Shown here piece by piece: positions 1 to 8,977 of a DNA stretch of 32,000 bases. A program made the translations under genes and the position numbers. The stretch comes from Methanothermus fervidus DSM 2088 (GTDB taxonomy: Archaea > Methanobacteriota > Methanobacteria > DSM-2088 > Methanothermaceae). Every line of letters starts with the position of its first letter. Position 1 is the stretch's first letter. Under the pieces are notes generated by a model, which saw only the letters and a list, made by a program, of their open reading frames with translations, did not search any database and was not told the DNA's origin. Location of the stretch: positions 240,001 through 272,000 of the forward strand of contig CP002278.1 in NCBI GenBank assembly GCA_000166095.1, read 5' to 3'.

Positions 1-1
1 A

Positions 2-367
2 ATTCAAGAAAATATACAAGATTACAAAAATAATTTTACAAGATTTATAGTGGTAGCTAAAAGGGATCATGAGTTTACAGGGGATGATAAAACATCGATA
101 GTTTTTTCACTTGAAGATAAACCAGGACGACTTTATGAAGTTTTAAAAGAATTTGCGAAAAGAAATATAAATTTAACAAAAATAGAATCCAGACCTTTAA
201 AGTTAGGGCTCGGAAGATACATTTTTTTCTTAGATTTTGAAGGTCATAGAAAAGAAAATAAAATTGTCGACGTATTAGACGCTGTATCCAAAAAAACGCA
301 TTTTATGAAAATATTAGGCTCATATCCTATTTCAAAAATTTATGAATCTAATTCTTTGAAGAAATAA
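2..367 (+). CDS. pheA: prephenate dehydratase, C-terminal part (5' end lies outside the window)
   Basis: The frame is open from nt 2 (IQENIQDYKNNFTRFIVVAK...). It carries an ACT regulatory-domain pattern: DKTSIVFSLEDKPGRLYEVLKEFAKRNINLTKIESRP...YIFFLDFEGH. Stop TAA at 365-367. Confidence 0.8.
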   Translation: MQENIQDYKNNFTRFIVVAKRDHEFTGDDKTSIVFSLEDKPGRLYEVLKEFAKRNINLTKIESRPLKLGLGRYIFFLDFEGHRKENKIVDVLDAVSKKTHFMKILGSYPISKIYESNSLKK

Positions 368-428
368 ATGTTATGCAAAATTCAAAATCGAAAAGTATAT
401 ACATAGCAACTCGTATGAATAAAATATC

Positions 429-1166
429 ATGATGAAAATAATTGAAGAGTTAATAAGGATAACCAAAAAATATCCTGTGGAAGATGTTCGAGTTGGAGTC
501 TCTTGGACTGCTGTATTGAGTAAATATTGCGGAGTTGCAAACACTTTTAGCATGTTTAATATACATGGAAATTACACAAAAGATTGGGGTAAATTAACAG
601 AAAAAGATACGAGAGAATTGGCAGAATACGTTAAATCTTGGAATTTAATTGAAGCTAGCATTGGAGTTGCAGCTATAAACTCTACTATAAAACCCAAAGG
701 TAAGAAAAACATAAACATGTTAGAGTTGTTACCAGAAATTTCAAAAAATAAAAAAGTGACTATGATTGGTAGATTTCCAAAAGTTGATGCAATTAAAGAA
801 GTTTCAAAAGAGTTTTGGATTTTAGAAATAAATCCTTTTTTAGTGAACCCTAAGCATAATATTTTTCCTGAATTTGCTGCAGAACAATTAATTCCAAAAA
901 GTGATGTACTCATTATTACATCTTCAACTATAATCAACAAAACTATTGATAGGTATTTAAAACTTGTAAATGAAGATAGCTATGTAGTACTTATGGGACC
1001 AACAACACCACTTCATAAAACATTATTTGATTATGGAATTGACATTCTTGCAGGACTTGAAGTGTTAAAACCTAAGGCAATATTAGAAAAAATAAGCCAA
1101 AGTGCTGGCATGATAAGCAGTAGAGTTTGTGAAGGTGAAGTTAGGTATAGGGTTTTGGAAAAATGA
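429..1166 (+). CDS. DUF4213/DUF364-type protein (enolase-N-like plus Rossmann-like domains, putative chelation family)
   Basis: ATG at 429. The N-terminal VEDVRVGVSWTAVLSKYCGVANTF and the C-terminal KKVTMIGRFP...DVLIITSSTIINKT...VVLMGPTTP fit the DUF364 family pattern as I remember it. A TATA-like AAGTATATA lies about 30 nt upstream and there is no SD. Confidence 0.65.
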   Translation: MMKIIEELIRITKKYPVEDVRVGVSWTAVLSKYCGVANTFSMFNIHGNYTKDWGKLTEKDTRELAEYVKSWNLIEASIGVAAINSTIKPKGKKNINMLELLPEISKNKKVTMIGRFPKVDAIKEVSKEFWILEINPFLVNPKHNIFPEFAAEQLIPKSDVLIITSSTIINKTIDRYLKLVNEDSYVVLMGPTTPLHKTLFDYGIDILAGLEVLKPKAILEKISQSAGMISSRVCEGEVRYRVLEK

Positions 1167-1870
1167 AGATAAAAGAAAAAATAAAAAAATATTTGAAAAG
1201 TTTTACTAAAGATTTGTTAGATGAAGAAATAGAGATTAAGGTTGCTAATCCTAATTTAGATACTAAAAAAATAAAAGATTATCCACTGGTTAAAGGAAAA
1301 GAAATACTTTTGAGAGCGAATTTCAAAGGAAATTTTGGTGATTGCTTTACAAATTCACCAACAGTGTTTAAAGGTAAAATAAAAGATATATTAAAACATG
1401 AAAATATATCATGTCAAATTGCATGTTTAAACGCTGTTATGAGATACTATGGAATTATAGAAAATACTAGGCATTGTACTTCAAATTATCCTGAAAAATG
1501 TGCCAAAAAATTTGTAGAATATGTAAAAGATAATTTTTCTCCTGAAAAAGTTGGCATTATAGGATTTCAACCTGCTTTTGTAAGAGAATTTTCTAATGAA
1601 TTTGATAAAATATTCGTAACTGATTTAAATCCTGAAAATGTTGGAAGTGTGAAATATGGAATAAAAGTTTTAGATGCTAAATACAACCCAGAAATTATAA
1701 AATGTTGCGATGTCGTGCTCATAACAGGGTCTACTATCGCAAATAATACATTTAACAAGATATATGAAAAATGTAAAAAATACAAAACCAATTATATATT
1801 TTATGGTACTACAATAGCAGGAATAGCACATCTATTAAAATTAGATAGATTTTGCCCATTCAGCGATTAA
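1163..1870 (+). CDS. diverged DUF364-like paralogue
   Basis: ATG 1163 overlaps the upstream stop (ATGA, 1163-1166). It shares the core KVGIIGFQP...DVVLITGSTIANNT...IFYGTT with the upstream ORF. The N-terminal half is different and Cys-rich. Confidence 0.55.
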   Translation: MKIKEKIKKYLKSFTKDLLDEEIEIKVANPNLDTKKIKDYPLVKGKEILLRANFKGNFGDCFTNSPTVFKGKIKDILKHENISCQIACLNAVMRYYGIIENTRHCTSNYPEKCAKKFVEYVKDNFSPEKVGIIGFQPAFVREFSNEFDKIFVTDLNPENVGSVKYGIKVLDAKYNPEIIKCCDVVLITGSTIANNTFNKIYEKCKKYKTNYIFYGTTIAGIAHLLKLDRFCPFSD

Positions 1871-1878
1871 TTTATATT
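1871..1878 (+). promoter_or_regulatory. TATA-box-like TTTATATT, candidate promoter of the PiT gene
   Basis: It sits immediately after the stop at 1868-1870 and 27 nt before ATG 1905. No SD lies between them, so the spacing would give a leaderless or near-leaderless mRNA. This rests on position and consensus only. Confidence 0.3.
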
Positions 1879-1904
1879 AATAGTTGGTTTTTAAAGTTAA
1901 ATGT

Positions 1905-2879
1905 ATGGAACTAATTACAATAATTGCAATATTTGTAAGTCTTTATATGGCATTTACAATTTCAGCTAATGATATCGGAAATTCGGTGGGTACGGTAGTT
2001 GGTAGTGGTGCTATCAATATTAAAAGGGCATTGGTTTTAAATTCTATTTTTGCGTTTTTAGGTGCTATATTTTTGAGTAAAGCCGTTACTGAAACCATAG
2101 GAAAAGGAATAATACCTGCTGGCATGCTTGACATTAAAGGTGCTTCTATCATTACCTTTACTACAGGACTTTGGATAACATTTACTTTGTGGAAAAAAAT
2201 TCCAATTTCAGGTTCTGAAGCAATTATTGGGGCAGTAACCGGTTTTGGCGTTGCAAGTATTGGTATAGATAAATTAAATTTACAAACATTGTGGGTAATT
2301 ATGTTAAGTTGGATTGTTTCTCCACTAATTGGCTTGGTTACTGGATACTTGACTTACAGAGCTCTTAACACTGTAATATTTACAAAAACTACAATGAAAA
2401 AAAGAAGTAGAATAGAAAAGATATTTAAATATCTTTTAATATTAACTTCTTGTGCTACAGCTCTAAGTATTGGTGCAATTGATATTTCAATTGCTACTAG
2501 TGTTTTATACATAACATTTGGACAAGCTGGATTAGAAATAAAAATAATTGGCGCCATTATGCTCATAGTAGGTATATTAATAGCAGGTAACAGAGTTAGT
2601 GACACAATTGGTAGACGAATAACAGAATTGGTACCAAGTAGATCATTTTCAGCCCAAATTTCAGCGGCTATTATATATGCACTTTTTGTGTATAATGGGA
2701 TCCCAATATCGCCTACTCAGACACTTGTAGGATCCATCATTGGTGTAGGATTAGCATATGGAGTTTCAAGTGTTAAAATCGACGTTGTTAAAGATGTAAT
2801 ACATATCTGGCTCTTAACAATTCCTTGTTGTTTTACTTTAGCCATGGTTCTTAAGACAATTTCTACTCTTCTAATGTAG
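1905..2879 (+). CDS. inorganic phosphate transporter, PiT/PHO4 family
   Basis: The N-terminal signature is TISANDIGNSVGT, with a repeated second half (SPTQTLVGSIIGVGLAYG) and about 10 hydrophobic segments. The ORF track starts at TTG 1884. ATG 1905 (MELITIIAIF...) is preferred. Confidence 0.85.
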   Translation: MELITIIAIFVSLYMAFTISANDIGNSVGTVVGSGAINIKRALVLNSIFAFLGAIFLSKAVTETIGKGIIPAGMLDIKGASIITFTTGLWITFTLWKKIPISGSEAIIGAVTGFGVASIGIDKLNLQTLWVIMLSWIVSPLIGLVTGYLTYRALNTVIFTKTTMKKRSRIEKIFKYLLILTSCATALSIGAIDISIATSVLYITFGQAGLEIKIIGAIMLIVGILIAGNRVSDTIGRRITELVPSRSFSAQISAAIIYALFVYNGIPISPTQTLVGSIIGVGLAYGVSSVKIDVVKDVIHIWLLTIPCCFTLAMVLKTISTLLM

Positions 2880-3270
2880 ATCTCAGTGCCCTTATTATGT
2901 CACCATCAGATATTATACCTTTAATTTCATCATTCTCTTTTACAACAAGTTGGTTAATTATTTCGTCCTTATCACCATGTTCATACATTTTTTTAACAAC
3001 ATCAGCTAAAGTATCGTTAGGACTTACGCAAACAACATCTTTAACCATTATTTCCTTAACTTTTGTACCTAATTTGTACTTATCTAAGATCAAATTATGG
3101 CCGAGATCTGTTGCTGTTACTATACCTAACAATTTGCCTTTTTTTACTACAGGTAAAGCACTTATTTTATTTTTCATTAATTTTTCAAAAGCAAAAACAA
3201 CGTCTTCTTCGGGATCCACAGTTATAACATTTTTTGTCATCACATCTTTAACCTTTATATTTTCCCACAT
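2863..3270 (-). CDS. CBS domain pair protein
   Basis: Two CBS repeats are visible: VMTKNVITV...ISALPVV...GIVTATDL and IMVKDVVCV...NQLVV...[11 protein letters not shown] is at 3268-3270 with GGTG upstream. It overlaps the 2PGK 3' end by 23 nt and the convergent PiT 3' end by 17 nt. Confidence 0.85.
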
Positions 3271-4162
3271 CTTTATGCACCAAATCTTCTGTTAAGGACT
3301 TGACAATCGAGTCAATAGTTGTAACTACATCAATATTTTCAATTATTGGGATATTATGTTTTCTTGCTTGCATTTCAATATAATCATGTATGCGTCTTAT
3401 AGCCCAGAAGTATTTTAAATATCTCTCTAAAGGTCTTCTTGCCCATTTTTGTCTGCAACGAGAATAAAATCTGCTTCTATGCATTTTTTCATCAGGAACT
3501 GTCAATACAAACATCGCTACATTATTTTTATTAATTAGTTCTTCCCTTATAAATCCAGGAACAAGGTGGGCACCTTCTATGACTATACTTATACCTTCGG
3601 TAAGTGCTCTTTCAATTACAGCTTCAATGCCGACGGTCACCACGTTTACATGGTCTCTAAAGCCAACTAAAACTTCATCAAACTCTACAGGTGCAGGTGT
3701 CCTTAAAGATTTATAAGCTGTAAAAGTAGATTCATGAAGAGAAGGTATTAATTCTTTAGATATCATCTTTCTCATGACTTCTCGTATCATGTCGGTGCTG
3801 ATCATGTTTCTTATTCCTAATCTATTTGCAACTTCGAATGCTATTGATGATGTTCCAACACCAGAAGCTCCTGCAATCAATAAAATTAAAGGTTCCTTAT
3901 ATTCTCTTATTTTTCTCCATCTTATATATTTTTCAGCTATTTTTTCATCTTTTTCCTTTAATTTATTGTATACAATTTTTACTAATTCATCAATAGTTAC
4001 AATTTTCTTTTTTTCTTTTTTAAGATAAGACTCTACTTCTGCTGCAAGGAGGTAAGCATCTGTAGGATCCATCCCTGATCTCGTCAGTGATCTAGCCAAT
4101 ACACCCTTTGAAAATGGTTCTCTGTATTTTTTTCCAGCTACTTTTCCTTCCACTAGAATCAT
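3248..4162 (-). CDS. pgk2: 2-phosphoglycerate kinase (ATP-cone plus P-loop kinase)
   Basis: The N-terminal ATP-cone-like segment is [34 protein letters not shown]. The Walker A motif is [23 protein letters not shown] lies 6 nt before ATG 4160-4162. The family is known from methanogens that make cyclic 2,3-diphosphoglycerate. Confidence 0.8.
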
Positions 4163-4168
4163 TATTTA

Positions 4169-4807
4169 TCACCTAATTTTGATCCATTTACAGTTTACTT
4201 CTCCATCTAAATCTATAACTGCAACCTTGCCTTCGAAAGCAGGGCCTGTGTTGATTATTGTTGTGTTTCCTAGTTGGTCAATACCTCTAGCTTCATGTAT
4301 ATGAGCACATATATTAACTTTAGGTTGGTACTCTTCTATTATTTTTCTTATAGATTTACTACCAACGTTATCACCACTTTGTATTTGATCAACTTTTGTG
4401 TTGTAAGGAGGCGCATGTGTAACAAGAATTGTCGTATCCTTTGAAATAATATTTTTTAAGCTATTGTATATTTCCTTCTCTTGAAATTCAAAAGGCGTGT
4501 CAAAAGGCGTTGGATTTGATCCTCCAAATCCACATATTTTTATACCTTTAATTTCTATAGCGTTGTTGTGAATATTGATTGTACCAGACTTTTCTATGAT
4601 ATCCACAGTTTCTGGTAAGTCACAGTTACCTGGCAATGCTAGCACAGGAACATTGTAACTTGTTAACTTGTTTAATATTTTTTCTGCTAACTCTACTGGT
4701 CCAAAATCAGTTATGTCTCCAGAAACTATTATGAGATCTATTTCTTCATTTAAATTATTTAATTCTAATAATTTTCCGTGAAGGTCACTAATTCCAAGAA
4801 TTTTCAT
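4169..4807 (-). CDS. metallophosphoesterase (calcineurin-like, YfcE/MJ0936 type)
   Basis: The motifs are ISDLHG, SGDITDFG, GNCD, VTHAPP and AHIHEARG in canonical order. GGGGA SD sits before ATG 4805-4807. Confidence 0.8.
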   Translation of the reverse strand: MKILGISDLHGKLLELNNLNEEIDLIIVSGDITDFGPVELAEKILNKLTSYNVPVLALPGNCDLPETVDIIEKSGTINIHNNAIEIKGIKICGFGGSNPTPFDTPFEFQEKEIYNSLKNIISKDTTILVTHAPPYNTKVDQIQSGDNVGSKSIRKIIEEYQPKVNICAHIHEARGIDQLGNTTIINTGPAFEGKVAVIDLDGEVNCKWIKIR

Positions 4808-4809
4808 AT

Positions 4810-5337
4810 TTATTCCCCAAAGAATGTTGCTATTTCTTTTAAACTTCTTTTAATATCTTCAGCTTCACCATATAAAACAATTATATTATCTTCTTCAAAT
4901 TCTATTATCAAACCATGGTATTCCGCAATTTCCTGTATTCTATCTTCTGATATTGCCGTGTTTAAATTTACCCTTGTAACCATCATGTCCCTAGGAGCCC
5001 CTGTTATAAATCTAGATTTAATATTAGGAGGTCTATACACCTTTTCGCCTCTTATGACTTTTTTAAATTCCTCTTTCCACTTATTGCGATATTCTTTACT
5101 TATGTCCCCTGCAAAATCTAATAAAACTTCTTGTAGATAATTTAAAGATTCATTTATATTCTTTAATTCCTTAACAATTTTTGGATCGTTAGGACTAGAT
5201 TTATATAGATTAATTAGAAATTTTGTATCTCTCATCTCCTTATTTATGGATTTTGGAAGATCTTTACCTCTTTTTTTTAAATCTGCATGTAATTTAAGAA
5301 TTGTGAACCATATTTGTTCTAATATATCAGCTTTCAT
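4810..5337 (-). CDS. conserved hypothetical protein, 175 aa (possibly the archaeal DUF2096 family, unverified)
   Basis: The ORF is clean with coding-like composition. GGAAGGA SD precedes ATG 5335-5337, which overlaps the upstream stop (ATGA). It ends 2 nt before the phosphoesterase start. Confidence 0.6.
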   Translation of the reverse strand: MKADILEQIWFTILKLHADLKKRGKDLPKSINKEMRDTKFLINLYKSSPNDPKIVKELKNINESLNYLQEVLLDFAGDISKEYRNKWKEEFKKVIRGEKVYRPPNIKSRFITGAPRDMMVTRVNLNTAISEDRIQEIAEYHGLIIEFEEDNIIVLYGEAEDIKRSLKEIATFFGE

Positions 5338-5603
5338 AGATGTCCTTCCAAAATATTTGATGAAATGTGATTCAATTTTGCACCTATTTCTTTTAACTCT
5401 TCTTTAATTTCATCTATATTGTTGTAAGATTCCAAAAACAAAACATGATAACATTTGGTGCCTGCAATATTGACTATAGCAATTTTCTCATTTTTTTTAA
5501 TTTTATTCTTTTTCTCTAAAGCTGCTTTTAACTCTACAAATTTTATATATTCATCAGGTATTTCATCATATTTAAATACTCCCAGTAAGGTGGCTGTAAA
5601 CAT
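5334..5603 (-). CDS. hypothetical small protein, 89 aa
   Basis: GGGGGA SD precedes ATG 5601-5603. It is translationally coupled to the next gene. I recognise no motif. Confidence 0.5.
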   Translation of the reverse strand: MFTATLLGVFKYDEIPDEYIKFVELKAALEKKNKIKKNEKIAIVNIAGTKCYHVLFLESYNNIDEIKEELKEIGAKLNHISSNILEGHL

Positions 5604-5744
5604 TTAATTTCCCCCAAAACATTTTTTTAATATATTTTTAAATATATCTTTTTTTTAAACAAAATTTTATGTTTCGAAAATTTTTTAGTGTAGGAATAAT
5701 TTACATAATATTTTAAAAGGAAAAATAATTGAGGGTTTAAAAAT

Positions 5745-6200
5745 ATGAAAATATTTAGCAAGGCATTTAAAAATGGTGAGAAAATCCCTAAAAAATATAC
5801 TTGTGATGGACAGGACATTTCACCACCTATCAAATGGGAAGATATACCAGAAAACACTAAAACTTTGGTTTTAATTTGTGAAGATCCAGATGCTCCAGGA
5901 AAAACTTGGGTACATTGGGTATTATTTAATATACCTCCTGAAATTGAAGAACTTCCAGAAGGCGTTGAAAATAAGGAAAAACTTGAAAATGGAGCTATAC
6001 ATGGAGTAAATGATTGGGGAAGACTTGGATATGGAGGTCCTTGCCCACCATCAGGTACACATCGATATTACTTTAGATTATATGCATTAGATACTGAACT
6101 CAAATTAGAACCAGGTGCAAAAAAAGAAGAAGTAGTAGAAGCCATGAAAGATCATATAATTGATCAGGCAGAGCTAATGGGAACCTATTCTAGGGAATAA
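5745..6200 (+). CDS. YbhB/YbcL (PEBP/Raf-kinase-inhibitor-like) family protein
   Basis: The family signature is CEDPDAPGKTWVHWVLFNIP...GYGGPCPPSGTHRYYFRLYALD. GAGGG lies upstream of the ATG. Confidence 0.85.
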   Translation: MKIFSKAFKNGEKIPKKYTCDGQDISPPIKWEDIPENTKTLVLICEDPDAPGKTWVHWVLFNIPPEIEELPEGVENKEKLENGAIHGVNDWGRLGYGGPCPPSGTHRYYFRLYALDTELKLEPGAKKEEVVEAMKDHIIDQAELMGTYSRE

Positions 6201-6212
6201 TTTTAGTATTAT

Positions 6213-7349
6213 TTAAAATACATCATCAACAAACTTCTCTAGTGAATGTTTTTTTGTAAATTCTTTTTTCTTTTCTAAACCTCTTTTTGGTTTTTCTTCA
6301 CTAAACATGTATGGAGACTTCACACCAGACACTATAATAGTAGTTCTTATTGTATTCTGTAATTCTTCCTCAATTTGTACGCCCCATATTATATTAGCCT
6401 CTGGATCTAATTCATCTGCTACTACTTGTACAATCCTTTCAGCTTCTTGTAATGATAAATCTGAGCTACCAGTAATATTAATTAATGCTCCTTTAGCGTT
6501 TGATATATCTAAATCAAGTAATGGACTGTTTAATGCTTCATGAACAGATTCTAATGCTTTATCTTCACCAGATTCAGACTCACCCATTCCAATCATTGCC
6601 ATTCCAGAACCTTGCATAACACTTTTTATATCAGCAAAATCTAAACTTATGAGACCTGGCTTAGTTATTAGTTCAGTTATTCCTTTTACAGCTCTACTTA
6701 ATATTTCATCAGCTACCATAAAGGCTTTGTTAATTGGTAAATTAGGTGCTACTTCCAATAATTTGTCGTTTGGAACCACAATAACAGTGTCAGCAGAATT
6801 TCTTAATTTTTTAAGACCTTCTTCGGCATTTTTTCTCCTGATAACTCCTTCTGCACTAAATGGCAATGTCACTACAGCAATTGTCAATGCTCCACATTTC
6901 TTTGCTATTTTGGATATTACGGGAGCTGAACCTGTTCCAGTTCCTCCACCTAACCCACAAGTCACAAATACCATATCTGCATTTTCAAGTTCTCTTGCTA
7001 TTTCATCTTCACTTTCTTCTGCACATTCTTCACCTAGTTCAGGAATTCCACCAGTTCCTAAACCTCTACAAAGATTTTTACCAATTAAAATTTTCTTGTC
7101 AGCGACACTATAATATAGATCTTGGGCATCAGTGTTAACAGCAATGGTTTTTGCACCTTCAATACCTATTTTTGTTAGTCTGGAAACAGTATTATTTCCA
7201 GCTCCACCTGTACCAACAACATATATCCTTGATCTACTCTCTTCCATTATTTTTTTAAGTTCCTCATCTATAGAATTTTCACTTCTGATGTTAGGCTTCC
7301 CAATATCTTCTTTTTTTGCATTTTTTAATGCATCTTCAATAAGTTTCAC
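6213..7349 (-). CDS. ftsZ: cell division GTPase FtsZ
   Basis: Motifs seen are [12 protein letters not shown] and the tubulin signature [13 protein letters not shown], plus NTDAQDL. There is an acidic/hydrophobic C-terminal peptide, LEKFVDDVF. The start is GTG 7347-7349, preceded by GAGGGAGA. Confidence 0.95.
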   Translation of the reverse strand: MKLIEDALKNAKKEDIGKPNIRSENSIDEELKKIMEESRSRIYVVGTGGAGNNTVSRLTKIGIEGAKTIAVNTDAQDLYYSVADKKILIGKNLCRGLGTGGIPELGEECAEESEDEIARELENADMVFVTCGLGGGTGTGSAPVISKIAKKCGALTIAVVTLPFSAEGVIRRKNAEEGLKKLRNSADTVIVVPNDKLLEVAPNLPINKAFMVADEILSRAVKGITELITKPGLISLDFADIKSVMQGSGMAMIGMGESESGEDKALESVHEALNSPLLDLDISNAKGALINITGSSDLSLQEAERIVQVVADELDPEANIIWGVQIEEELQNTIRTTIIVSGVKSPYMFSEEKPKRGLEKKKEFTKKHSLEKFVDDVF

Positions 7350-7370
7350 ATTTCTCCCTCACAAATAATA

Positions 7371-7384
7371 ATGATATATATCAT
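7371..7384. repeat. perfect 14-nt palindrome ATGATATATATCAT (TATA-like core) upstream of ftsZ
   Basis: It was read directly and is its own reverse complement. It lies 22-35 nt upstream of the ftsZ GTG start. Confidence 0.5.
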
Positions 7385-7420
7385 AAGTAAGTTGAGAGGT
7401 AATATATTTTTTACTTATCT

Positions 7421-7984
7421 TTAGGGTCTTGGCATTGCAATTATTTCATGTATCCTTAAATCAAAAACATTGTTCATGTGGGCTGGTGTCAGCACAAGAG
7501 ATGTATCTGCACCTCTCCCTGTTCCCCCAATTGCAACTATTTCTCTATCTACAGGGATTAATCCGGCGTCAGCAGCCATAATACTTATTTCCACACAAAC
7601 TTTAAATCCCTGTGAAATCATTCGAAGCGTTTCTGCCATTAATTCAACAGGAGTAATTCCACCAAATTTATTTGATATTCCTCTACCTACACCACTTAGT
7701 GCATGTGATGCTGTATATACTTTAACACCCATCTTTTTTAATTTATTTGCATATTTAGGATTTATTTCTAATTTTCCTTTTTCTGAAAATCCTGCATGAT
7801 GTGTTATACTAACTATACTTACATCTTTAATCTTTTTTGCTACCTTTAATGCAGTTTTTCCACTAATTGATGCAACTACTATATCTTTAATATTTAACTC
7901 TTCGACCCTCTTTTTTACCAAATCTATGAGCTTATCCGTGTTCTTTTCTCCAGGTTCATCGAAATAATAAATATCTTTTTTCAT
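7421..7984 (-). CDS. pyruvate kinase alpha/beta (C-terminal) domain-like protein of unknown role
   Basis: [16 protein letters not shown]...[14 protein letters not shown] resembles the stand-alone PK_C-like archaeal family. ATG 7982-7984 is preceded by AAGGTGGA, so the TTG 7999 extension in the ORF track is rejected. Confidence 0.55.
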   Translation of the reverse strand: MKKDIYYFDEPGEKNTDKLIDLVKKRVEELNIKDIVVASISGKTALKVAKKIKDVSIVSITHHAGFSEKGKLEINPKYANKLKKMGVKVYTASHALSGVGRGISNKFGGITPVELMAETLRMISQGFKVCVEISIMAADAGLIPVDREIVAIGGTGRGADTSLVLTPAHMNNVFDLRIHEIIAMPRP

Positions 7985-8011
7985 TGTTTCCACCTTCAAA
8001 AAAGAAAAAAA

Positions 8012-8977
8012 CTAGTCAATTCCAAATGACTTTAAAAGCAATTCTTCGTTCACATATCCGGCTCTGAAAACTTCTCCTGTACGAAGATCATTAATAATAA
8101 CTTCTGCTGGTGCAAATATATTCTTATCAATTTTGTAAAAGTCAAACTCAGCTTCTTTGAATATCTCATAAAATGGTTTACCATATGAAGGAGAGGATGA
8201 TGAAGGCAATTCTTTTGCTAATTTCTCTAAATCATCGCCTTCATCAGAATAAATATAATAATAAGTTCTGCCACCAAACATTACAGCATCATTTGTTCTT
8301 CCCATTGCTTTCACACTATCTTTTGTTATAGGAGCTATTGGAGCTATACCTGCTGCATATTTTATTTTATTTACGTCAAAATCAAGAACTTCCAACATCT
8401 TATATGTTCCATTCTCCACCACTCTTCCTGAAATTTGAATTGACCCAACTAAAGAAGAAGTAGGAGCTACCAAAACATAAACATTTTCTGGGGATACTTT
8501 ACATTCTTTGGCAATTTCATCGACAACGTCAGTGTCAGGTAACTTATCAGATTCAAGGGCAAGTATAGCTACATCTGCATCGTCTTCATATTTAATTTTT
8601 TCATAGGTTTCTAATGGTTTTTTTGACAATGCGCGAGCGGGGCCAGACCCAAGGGCAGAGAAATCTCCAACATTTATAGACCACCCTGCCTTTTGGGAAC
8701 CTAAGGTTGATATTGCAGGGAAAGAAGTTTTAATTTTAACAGACGGTAATGCTAACTTTTTTGATAAATCGCCAGGTATTGAAATCCCAACATCTGCTAA
8801 TCCACCAAGACACACCTTAGTATATAATTCACCAGCTTTAAAACTACCTTCTGCATTAACTCCACAATCTAAAATTGTTGATCCATTATCTAATTTTTTC
8901 ACTTTTATTTTTAGTTCCTTGGATTTTTCTATCATCTCATCTACAATTTTTTTTGCCCTTAAATTAACGCTTACCAT
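8012..8977 (-). CDS. mch: methenyltetrahydromethanopterin cyclohydrolase
   Basis: It is about 320 aa with the N-terminus MVSVNLRAKKIVDEMIEKSKELKI. Overall it matches the remembered Mch pattern (ILDCGV...GGLADV...LALPSV). AGGTGAG SD is present. Confidence 0.85.
   Translation of the reverse strand: MVSVNLRAKKIVDEMIEKSKELKIKVKKLDNGSTILDCGVNAEGSFKAGELYTKVCLGGLADVGISIPGDLSKKLALPSVKIKTSFPAISTLGSQKAGWSINVGDFSALGSGPARALSKKPLETYEKIKYEDDADVAILALESDKLPDTDVVDEIAKECKVSPENVYVLVAPTSSLVGSIQISGRVVENGTYKMLEVLDFDVNKIKYAAGIAPIAPITKDSVKAMGRTNDAVMFGGRTYYYIYSDEGDDLEKLAKELPSSSSPSYGKPFYEIFKEAEFDFYKIDKNIFAPAEVIINDLRTGEVFRAGYVNEELLLKSFGID

Noticed and set aside
5630-5647. An 8-bp inverted repeat ATATATTT-TT-AAATATAT in the divergent spacer between the 89-aa ORF and the PEBP gene.
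   Set aside because: It is short and A/T-only. It is most simply two back-to-back TATA-like elements and is not statistically notable.
6307-7368. Several plus-strand ORFs (78-154 aa) antisense to ftsZ.
   Set aside because: They are mirror-frame artefacts of the Gly/Ala/Thr-rich FtsZ coding sequence. The translations are Ser/Pro/Leu-rich and nonsensical.
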